The translations under genes and the position numbers were made by a program. Positions 53,683 to 64,000 of a stretch of DNA of 64,000 bases are shown here, one piece after another. Where the stretch lies: contig NW_018405003.1 of NCBI RefSeq assembly GCF_002113885.1, positions 77,240-141,239 on the forward strand. Reading direction: 5' to 3'. This DNA comes from Mizuhopecten yessoensis (Eukaryota). A model generated the notes under the pieces. The model worked only from the letters and a program-made list of their open reading frames with translations, was not told the DNA's origin and ran no database searches. Numbering within the stretch: position 1 is the first letter of the stretch; each line of letters starts with the position of its first letter.

Positions 53683-55055
53683 ATAATAATAATAATAATA
53701 GACTTTATTTAAATTCTATAACACATTGAGTCAATGACTGATCTCACATGTGGTCGACATAAAATATACAATATTTACAACATGAGTAAAAAATAGATGC
53801 ATAGCATACATGTACACATAAAACACATTAGGTTAAAATAGTAGCATATCACAGGTAAGATTATAATATCACAGGTAAGATTATAATATCACGGGTAAGA
53901 TTATAATATCACAGGTAAGATTATAATATCACAGGTTTGGAAAGTCAAAGAGTATGTCACATGTGTAATTATAAAACTAATGAGTTGATTTGGTTTAAAC
54001 TTCGTTTTATTAAAATTTTGTTTGATAATACATCGAAATACATGTTTTATAAAACAGAAAAGGAAACAAAAACAAGTGTCGTGACACTTATGTAAATTTG
54101 TTACCTGCTTAATAATCAGCTTTTCAACACTAGCTACAAGAATGAAGTAATATGTACAATAGAATAATTACGGGAATAGGGGAGGGGGTAATGGATTGGT
54201 ATGCAGTGGAAACCAGGAATGAATAACATATCAATATACATATGATCATCAGATGGTAATATCATATTGCTCTATTGCGATGAGTATGTGGAACACGATT
54301 CTGTAAAATATAACAATGGAATAGTAGATGAAAATGTCAGCAGTCCTGTAAGTGGACACTCGAAAAAGGTTAAAATGTATATACAAGTTACATAGAATAA
54401 ATCACCACTAAATCAACTATTGACAAAATTAGTATGTCACAAAGCACCGCCATGATTATTAAAAACGTTGCAGTTCACATACTAGCCATCACTCTTATCA
54501 AATATAAGTCCATAAAACACTTTCCCGCTTCGTCCCTGGTACGTCCTGCTCTTTCAAGGTAACACATCACTTTTATCAAACAATCATAATCATGGCGAGT
54601 TAGTGACATAATATGGTATAAAGAAATGCAATGGCAAAATCACTGAATAAGCATATAAGTCCAAATACATTTTAAAACAGTAGTAAAACGAATGCAACAC
54701 AACATACATATATATATATATATGTCAACATGAAATTGTTAAGGACTATTCGTTTATTTGAAATCTTTTAGTTTTGAGTATATAATTTTGGACGGCTAGA
54801 AAAATCGTAGTGTTATCTTGATGGGTTAGAGAGTCATCACCAAAGATTAAAAGATTAGTTGATAGTTGATAGGGCAAACTCAGAATATGAAGCTGTCTTA
54901 GTGCTGTATATTTATTACATTTTAGCAAATAATGTGTTGAGTTCTCAATGGCACCGCAGGAACAATTCGGGGATGGTTTGATGTTTTTCGTAAACAAGTG
55001 TTCTTTTAGGGAGCTACATGACATACGCAGTCTTGCGTGGTAGATTTGACCCAGT
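53683..55055 (-). mobile_element. 5'-truncated LINE (CR1/L2 group): ORF2 C-terminus plus probable 3' UTR and tail
   Basis: ORF 54746-55078 reads HARLRMSCSSLKEHLF..NI..SPNCSCG..E...HYLLKC..Y...R...LLIFG..L....N..IF.AVQNYI..TKRF, the C-terminal Cys/His region of such elements. On the minus strand an AATAAA followed by (TAT)n at ~53683-53709 looks like a LINE tail; linkage of the two parts is inferred. Confidence 0.7.
53846..53936. repeat. 20 bp tandem repeat, about 4.5 copies
   Basis: ATATCACAGGTAAGATTATA units. Confidence 0.93.
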
Positions 55056-56244
55056 TGATTTAATGTCATGCACAGCATAAGTTCTCATGATGCAGTTTAG
55101 AAATCAAGAGGCACATGTGTCAAATATATATATATCTATACCAATATGGCAAATTTCAAAAATTGACCAAATATATGCTAATATGGCATGAGCTAAGACC
55201 AAAACCAGATATTGCAGAACATAAAAAAATATTTTCAAAAGGGTAATTAAACCTAAAATTATTACACATCTGACATAGGCATTGGAGAACAACAGAAACA
55301 TATACTTTTTTATGTCCATCACATCTGTTTGTATGTATTCTTTACATATTTTCTGCATTGTGATTTGAAAGTATTCAGTGTCCGGCTTTAGTGACAGATA
55401 CTGGCAGGCTGTTCCAATGCTGACCATTGCATCTAAAATAATTTTTAAAGGTAGGGTCAACGCCTATGGATATTTAACATTAGCGTCAGCCTACGCTTGG
55501 AATTTCTAGACAAGATAAATACAAAAAGGTATGGGTATAGGAAGCTTAAATCAGGAACAGTTAGTTTCAGAATTCATTTGATGATAAATGGGACCTCATT
55601 CACTTACACCTGTGTGGGTGTTAAAGGTTCGGTAATTCAATTCCTCCTAGAGCATTTAAATAACACAATTTCTATAAAAGTATATCATCATCGTGTGCAA
55701 CATATTCCAACTGTTATTTTGATACCAAATATTACACTATTTCAATAAAGAATTGTTCTTTTTATTGAAGATTTAAGCAGAAAAGTGTGTAAAATTGTAT
55801 TTCTAATGAGAACATTTCAATTTTTGACACGTTAATTTATATAGTTCTAAAACGGGTCTATTTTTCTTACTTGCTGAAAAGTTGGCTACCAATAATATCT
55901 TTCAACATCAGTAAATTTGTCATATTACATTTTTCGTTAAAAAAAGGGAAAAAATAGCTGCCTTTCCACATTTCCTTTAACTTGTGTTTCTACATGGCTA
56001 AAGGTTGTGGGGTCTTGATATTTTTTAAGTAGGTTGTCCATGAGAATATGTTTAAGTGTTGTAAACGTTGATGACCTTGACCTCATTCAAGGTCACAAAA
56101 TCACATTTGCTGAAATAAATATTTTGTATGGAGAGTCAGACAAGGATATCTTTCCTTGCTTTATTTGTTTAGAGTTAACGAAATAAAATAGTGTATTACT
56201 CCTTCATATTTTGTTAAATGAATGGGCAATAGGCAAAAAAATGG

Positions 56245-57185
56245 AACTATAAGCCAAAGAATAACTTATACCCCCGCTTCTATATAAACCAGAACTGTAA
56301 GCTAAAGGCTAACTAAGTCAAAGCATTACAAAACAATCCATAGTCCCACCAGTAATTATCTAAGTACATATGTAACTGACATACTTCTTGTACTCCCTCC
56401 CCATGCCAAAACACACTTTCATACCAAATCTTGTTAGCCCAGATGAACAAGTTTTGCTGAAATCGTCCTAGTAGTTAAGGAAGAGTTGTCAAGACAAATA
56501 CTTTTAACAAAAAGCCATAACTCCATAAAAAGGGTCGAAATAAAAAAATAAAATACTTCCCTGATGCACGACATCAGGGGGTAATTACCATATCTGTAAA
56601 CTTTCATGGAAATCGGCCCAGACTTTAATGAGGCAGACAAAGTTATTTTTCAACAAAGAGCCAAAAGAAAAACCTCCCTTTCAAAGGGTTAGAATGAAAA
56701 CAAAATACTTGGATGCACAATGTCAGGGGCAGTTACCATGTTTGTAAACTTCCGTTGAAATTGGCCCCATAGTTTTGGAGGATATGTCTGAACAAGGACT
56801 TTTCAACAAAGGGCCATTACTCCGTAAAAAAAGGGTTAGATTGAGAAAAAGAATACCTGGATGCACACCATCAGATAGTAGTTACCATAGCTGAAAACTT
56901 TCGTTGAAATTGCCCCCTTAGTTTTGGAGGACATGTCCGAATAAGGATTTTTCAACAAATGGCCATTACTTTGTTAAAAAAGGGGTCAGAATGAAAAAAT
57001 ATTACCTGGATGCACAACTTCAGGTGTTAGTTATCATATCTGAAAACCTTCGTTGAAATTGGTCCGTTACTTAAGAAGGAGTTGTCCGGACAAACTTTTT
57101 CTACAGACAGATAGACGGATAGACAAACTGATTCCAGTATACCCGCACACCCCTACCCCTAACTTCGTTGTGGGAGGTATAATAA
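56245..57185 (-). mobile_element. Non-autonomous Helentron/HINE (pearl/DINE-1-like) element with about 148 bp internal repeats
   Basis: ACAG/ACGG microsatellite (~57103-57125) next to a terminal stem TATACCC...GGAGGTATA; inverted copy TTATACCCCC near 56266; GATGCAC recurs at ~56563, 56712, 56860 and 57009. Confidence 0.75.
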
Positions 57186-58473
57186 AGTGTATAATATTTT
57201 TATTATTAAGATTATTTTATTATTCTTATATAATTGCATATCTTTGTGTATTACACCTATAACACCTATCACAACCTTAAGTAGCTCTCCAGAGGAAAGA
57301 TTACTTTGGCAGAATACGTATTCATGAGATATTACTGCTGCTCATAACTTTAAAACATGCGTAATATAATAAAGTGTTTTGGTATGATACAAAAACAGAA
57401 AATGTATCAGTATTTATCATAATAAACATTGATAATCAAATCTCCATGATTATCTGAAATTGGGCATCGATCATGTTTGGTATGCTAAAAAGGTGTTCTA
57501 CCAGTTTTGATATTACATAAAAATAATTCTGTAGACAGAATACATATATGGAAAGTTTTTAAAGAAGTTTAAAATATAGACTACCATTGTAACTATATAT
57601 AGGCAAGTTGACAATGTTGGTTATATTTGAAATTTTGCGAAAATTTTGCATGTTTTTCTAATTAAAAGTATCACTACGCTTACTTCATGTATACCATTAT
57701 TACTTATTTAGTATCAAAATAACAGACATTTTATACAGAATACACTATCATAATTCATTTTCACAATAGCATTCACCTATGATATTTACCGGTCATTTTG
57801 TTAGGATACCCCCGTCACTCAACTTGGTGTTATGCAAGGAGGTCCAATACGGTTATCAGTAGTAATTATGAATAATCATTTATGCAGTTATTGATAATTT
57901 TTATTGTTGCAATTCAGATAGTGTGGACACAATTTGTTTATCACTTTAAACATTAAAACACTTTCATTACATTCTACTCTTTTGGTAAAAGGCAAATATT
58001 TACGTTTGACAAATACTTGTGCACTGTACACATCTACTGATGTGCCGACAAACGATTTTGCTTGGAGGATCTAGAGGTGTAGTTGAGAGATATGGTTTAA
58101 TATTGTTTGATTTCCATTAACGTGCGGATATCCATTTGCAGAGGTTCCTACTAAGGTTAAAAACGTGAAACACGGTCTAAATGTGTCCTGTACACATGTC
58201 CCCATACATGTACATTGTAATAAGCTTATATCTGTGGACGGACGGGGACTTGTGTCGGGTCTTATCACTGGGACATCTATAAAGGTATATCTGACCAGAT
58301 GATCACCTAAACCACAGCCATTGTGTTGTCGAGATATAGAACGAACCACCTGGAGCGATCCCAGACAGAAATAATAGCATGACATTGCTTTTATTAACTG
58401 ACCGATCTGCCAACATCTATACGTATAAATGCATGATACCTGTGCAATATTTTCCTGGTGTTTTCTTTTTTAC

Positions 58474-59475
58474 TTTTTTTGCTCACCTGCCCGAGGTGTA
58501 CGGCGCGGTGCGGCGACTGTCGTCCGTCGGAAAGCTTCGTTGGTAGGAGCCCGACAAAGTTTGAGAACGAAAATGACCTTGACCTTCTTTCAAGGTGACA
58601 GGGGTCAAATATTTCAAACACTTCAAACGACTTCTTCTGATGAACTGAAAGGTATATACTCTTCATATTTGGCTGGTGGCTTCCTGGGATAGAACCAGAC
58701 ACAGTTTGAGAACGAAAATGACCTTGAACTAATTTTAAGGTGACAGGGGTCAAATATTTCAAACACTTCAAACGACTTCTTCTGAAGAACTAAAAGGTAT
58801 ATAATCTTCATATTTTGCTGGTGGCTTCCTGGAATAGAACCAGACAGAGTTAGAGAATGAAAATGACCTTGGCCTACTTTCAAGGTCTCAGGCGTCAAAT
58901 GCGTCAAACACTTCAAACTACTTCTTCTGAAGAACGGAAAGGTTTAGAATCTTCATATTTTGGCTGGTGGCTTCTTTAGATTGAGCATGACAAACATGCG
59001 AATGAAAGTGACCTTGACCTACTTTCAGAGTCACAGAGGTCAAATATGTTAAAAACATAAAACGGCTTCTGAAGAATAATCGAAAGGCATAGAATAATAT
59101 TTGGTTGGTGGCTTCTCGGGATAGAGCTCACCAAAGTTTGCAAATGAAAATGACCTCAACAACATTTCAAACGGTTCGTTCTGAAGAACCAAAAGGAATG
59201 TATTCATAAGATTTGGCTGGTAGCTTCTTGGGAAAAAGCCAACAAAGTTGGAGAAGGGAAATTACCTTAACCTACTTACAAGGTCACAGGAAAAAATATG
59301 TCAAACCAAAAAGCATAGAATCATATAATAATATTTGGTTGGTAGTTTTAACAGGTGGATCCGACAAAGTTTGCGAGTGAAACATTTGTAGTACAGTATG
59401 ATATTTAATGAGAATATTTTGCTATGACTGCTTAAATATTCCTGTGAGCGATCCAGGCCCTCTGGGCCTCTTGTT
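58474..59475 (+). mobile_element. Non-autonomous Helentron/HINE element with about 146 bp internal repeats
   Basis: T-run + GCTCACCTG start, CGTCCGTC microsatellite, about 6 repeats (AAATGACCTTGA...GGTCAAAT...CTTCTTCTGA...GGTGGCTTC), 3' GTGAGC subterminal IR, AGGCCC-TCT-GGGCCT hairpin and CTTGTT end. Confidence 0.82.
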
Positions 59476-62400
59476 TTGTTATTTCCACAAAGCTAATATA
59501 ATTCAATAATATATATACATTATTTATTGTAAGCTTGACACCTGATACTCAATAACAAATACATAATTTAGTATCGACAGGCTCCACGGCGTGATTGTGA
59601 TCGGCAGATTATTGTGTCCTTAGTCCCGGTCACGTGTCCGATTAAAACGCCAATATCAGGAATAAAAGAGGATTCCGGACTCGATAATTCGAGAATGCTG
59701 AACATGGGCTTATCTGTGGCCATATCTACCGCGTAACCCATCTGACGAAGGATTTTTTTTATACATTTTAGCAGTCCAAATATGATCGACCTTTGATTGA
59801 AATTACATGCATTCTAAATATCAACTTGTTAAGCAGAGTGAATTGTAATTGAGACTAGAAAATAAAAATATCATAATTACATCGGGAAAATACATATGAT
59901 AATGAGTAACATCACGATTGAATATCTATATCTATATAGATAGACGTCTATCTGTCAAATCGTCTAAGTCTGTTGTCAGAGCCAGAAGAAACTCTGGCTA
60001 GTGTGAATATTTTTGTCGAGTGAAACATTTATAGGAGTCGATACATCGATCGGTGGATCAGAAAAATTACTTGTAGGGCCCCTGCAAAATGTAGTTATAA
60101 GATCGTGAAATAATACTGACGGTTTTGTTATAGAACTTTTTGAAGCACCAGCATGTGGTGCATAAAGATGTATATCTCCAGCTTACCCTGTATGATGTAT
60201 TCGCGAATAATTAAATTCACGAGTAAGAGGATGTCGCATAACGTATTGTCACACTAACTGTCCTTCTTTCTGGAATTCATATTTGCAGAAAAGTTAAATA
60301 CGTGAAAATACAGGGATATACGGATCCCATAATGTACAATCAATCAACTGAATAATGAATAATAATTAATGAGAAATTGTCCGATTATTATAAATCTATA
60401 GCAAACACTTAAATGCTATCCCTGTGGACTTACTTCCCCACTACAAATACATGTTATCAGAATTTCCTGGATAGACTAATTATGTTGATAAACTCATTAG
60501 TTCCATTTACGATGAAGAAATTTTAATGTAACCAGTATGGTGTCAAAATGAGATTTAAGCGTTGACCTGTTCAGAATGTCGGTGACCTAAATACCTTGCT
60601 CTTTGGGGAGAGAATCGAGGATTAGGAGCACCTGATTTCGCTTTGTCTTTGCTTTTGTTTTGATCACTGTTCGGTTACTGTTAGGAATACTTTTCTATTT
60701 AATTTAGTTCTGGTTGATTTTGTTGATTTGTCCTGGTATGTTGACGTTGTACTTATTTGATCACTTAGAGGAAAGCTGTTTTATTTCGACCACCCACTTA
60801 GATGTCTTTTAAACACTCAACACTGGCCTATATCTTATATAAATCACTGCACGCTCCATCTATAAAAAACATTAAAAAAAACAACAACGAAGGGGGACGT
60901 ACCTGTCCTCTTACATAAACAAAATCTACATTTAGAGTCTACTGTATACATCGTATGACCTAGAAAATTTATATTAAATAGATTGGAAAAATTAAGTGCA
61001 ATAGCGTTAACCATATTGGAATTCAAAATTGAAACAATTAGACGTAGGAGACACAAATACCCCTATTAATGTAACCGTCTTCGTGCTCTAACTCAGATTC
61101 TGTGCTCAAGCCGAATATCTTGTACCAGTGATAAAATAATAAATAATCATATTTTGTCTGTGATTTGGAAGAATTTTAGAGAAAAATATATCAGCCTAAC
61201 ACAGTTTTTATGCATACACTTGATTTTCTGACCATGTTACATGGTTTCAGCAAGTAACAAGAGGTTGATTTGAGCAAAGATTCATGCTTGAGCCGTGAAC
61301 GGTTTCATGAATTCGGTCACAGGAAAGGAAGGATTTATGAACCCACACGAAACTTAGAGGCTAACTAGTTGCTCTGGAGGGGGAAGCAGCCTTCATGAAA
61401 CTGTCAAAGGAAAACTTTATATCTGGTTCACGCTCCGAATAAGAACGTTAATTACAATCAGGCTTTCTGTTCTGTTGTTGTTGTTTTGTTGTGGATTTCA
61501 TTTCGTTTGTGGCTTCAAGATGTCTATTTTGATGCTCCCCCCGTCTTTGTTGGTGATTTCGAGATCTGCTTTAGTCCTCATGCACTTCTTTTGTCATTGA
61601 TGTAGGACCTTTTCCTTTCTCTGTTTCCTTACGCTGTCGCTGTCCTTTTCATATTTCATCTCGCTTGACATTCGTCGTCATATAACATATTGTGTGTTGG
61701 CAGACAGACAGACAGACAAACAAAAAGTACATAATTCAGTTTACACAGCATGTAACAATTTGGAACTCAAGTGATGAGCTTATATAATACTAGTATTTAG
61801 TGCATACCCAGAATGGCGTTTACAAGCTCGAGTAAGTTTATGGAGTTTTAGGCTGTTGCTTTGACGCCTTCTTCTATAACTATAGAATTAAAGTTTGATA
61901 ATTTCCATACGGGTTGACGCTTTACTTTTTTTAATTTTGCTTAGCAGTTGGATACATCCTGTGTTGCAGTGAAGTAATCTACTGATGAAACGCAACACTC
62001 CCACAATATTGTCATTACATACTTAACTTCCGTGTCTACGCCCAAACAGGAAAGCTGCAACACACCTGGTGGTCGGCTAGGGGCTGGTATCACAATGACC
62101 CTCTGTTGCACACATATTTGTATGCACAGGTACGCTCCACTCACAAAATATCTGTATACATTAGGGATCGCTTACCTCGTCGCCAAGCCCAGCAGCAACA
62201 CATATGTACCTACTATGATGAAATTCAGATCAGGTATTTTGTAAGCCATGTAATTTATCACCATGCAAATTAAATGTATCGTTGAAGTTACTGTGTAACA
62301 TGATTTCTATATGCACATGTAGCGCTCTTCCATGTCCTGATTTGCTAACTCTCCCATATTGAAATCAAGTTATTGATATTATAGTATCGTTGTTACTCAA

Positions 62401-64000
62401 ATCAGATTTTTTATTTGGTTTCTCGTTATATCGAGTTCTTGTAAAGGATTATTTTATTAAAAGCTAACCGAATGGACAATACCTCCCTGATCTATAAATT
62501 CACAATGATATATACTATAAGTCTGTTTTGCTTGTTTGCAAAGCGAGCCTTTCGAGAAACTATTCTCGATTATTTAACCCCAGAATTTAACATTTAAAAC
62601 AATAACTTGATATTTCGACATTGCCTTTGGTATGCATACTGTTTTCATAACATACAAACTGTATGACAAACGTAAATGTTTTCGTTTCAGGTGAAGGTAC
62701 TTAACTTTCTTTTCCTTGTAGTAACATACCAGTTCCCCTCCTACAAGAAGTATTTTCAAATCACAATTCTATGGATGTCTGGATTTTATTGACAAATATA
62801 ACAATTAGTAAGGGTTTTCTACAAGACGGTTTTTCAACCTAGTTTTTCAACCTACACTGAGGACGTTTTATATACATCATCATGTCTTAATTTCCAGAAC
62901 CAAAAGTTTAACATATACTATGATAATAGTCTTCATTCTATCTTTAATATTTATCTACCGCCATACCTTCTAAGATTTGACGAGGGAAATAATGACGAGT
63001 GCAGCATATTATACGGAAACACCTGTGGTGCAAATTTTATTATTAGTATTATATAATTAATTTACAATGTGTTTATCTATTTGATTTTTGTGTGTTTGTT
63101 CACTTTATTTTTTTTAAAATATCATTTTTTTTCATTTTTTTTATTTATTATTTTTAATATTTTGGTGCTCTTTTGTTGCCAGTATTTCTGTATTGAAGTT
63201 TTGTTCCGATTTTGTCATTGTATGTTGATGCTGTTGTGTTTTTCTGTGTTACCTTATTACACTAATTTTAAGTTTCGAAAAAAAAATACAGACATTCATT
63301 TAGAGTGCTTAGTTCTGACAAACGGAGCAACTACACAAATTGAAATGCCAAAACAGAATTTTGGCCACTGTGGTACAGAGTGTGTGGTACACATTGTCTG
63401 CTCGAGTATAACACAATGTATTAAGTGTAATGATCAAATGTATTTGATTCATTATTAAGCAGCTGTCTACTGTATCTTTTTTAAAATTTTAAATATAATA
63501 TCACACTGTACAAGTTCCATGATTCACAAATAGTTACTGTTGAAACATTTTATTGAAGGTATACCTTAACTAGAACTTTAACAAGATGCATAAGTTGATA
63601 ATTAATTAATTGATAACGATACATTTTGAAGTTACTTTATCATGAGTTGTCATCTTCGTGAGGTTTCAGAAACACTTGGTATATTAGGATCCAATTATAT
63701 CAATTTTATTTAGCCTAATTATGTGTTAAGTTTTTTTGTTTTTATTTTTGTTTTCTTCACAAAGTTTTATGACGTTTCAGAAACATTTGGCAAGACTGGA
63801 GTTTATTTCTATTGAGGAACAACTGAATTATAAGTAATTTTATGTTCACTGTGTCAATATGATCATTTTAAATTCAAATTCCTGCATACCAGGTATAATG
63901 TTTTCGCTTGTAATATCGATGAAATATTGCTCTATTCAACAGATACCTTAAAAGACAGGGTCCTGAAATGTTAAAAGTCAAACCATCAAATGAATTATCG

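Overview
AT-rich, intron-containing animal DNA. The repeat content (tRNA-derived SINE, Helentron/HINE-type elements with internal tandem repeats, Penelope-like and CR1-group LINE remnants) suggests a bivalve mollusc; this is inference. One well-supported protein-coding gene is present on the + strand (~32.2-49.1 kb): a Cap'n'collar bZIP transcription factor of the NFE2L1/NFE2L2 (Nrf1/Nrf2, CncC, SKN-1) family. I traced it by hand through eight shared GT-AG exons with consistent splice phases. The main finding is two alternative, phase-0-compatible N-terminal coding exons feeding the same Neh2 exon. A short 18-codon exon (32164-32217) gives a soluble Nrf2-type protein of 642 aa. A 190-codon exon (33073-33642) gives an ER-anchored Nrf1-type protein of 814 aa, with an NHB1 membrane anchor and a DDI2-like cleavage site. 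The shared middle exons carry 11 N-glycosylation sequons. One locus therefore appears to encode both a Keap1-type oxidative-stress sensor and an NGLY1/DDI2-type proteasome sensor. The rest of the window is intergenic or intronic DNA with minisatellites, MITEs, retroelement fragments and a few possible decayed exons. Family assignments rest on motif recognition from memory; no database search was run.
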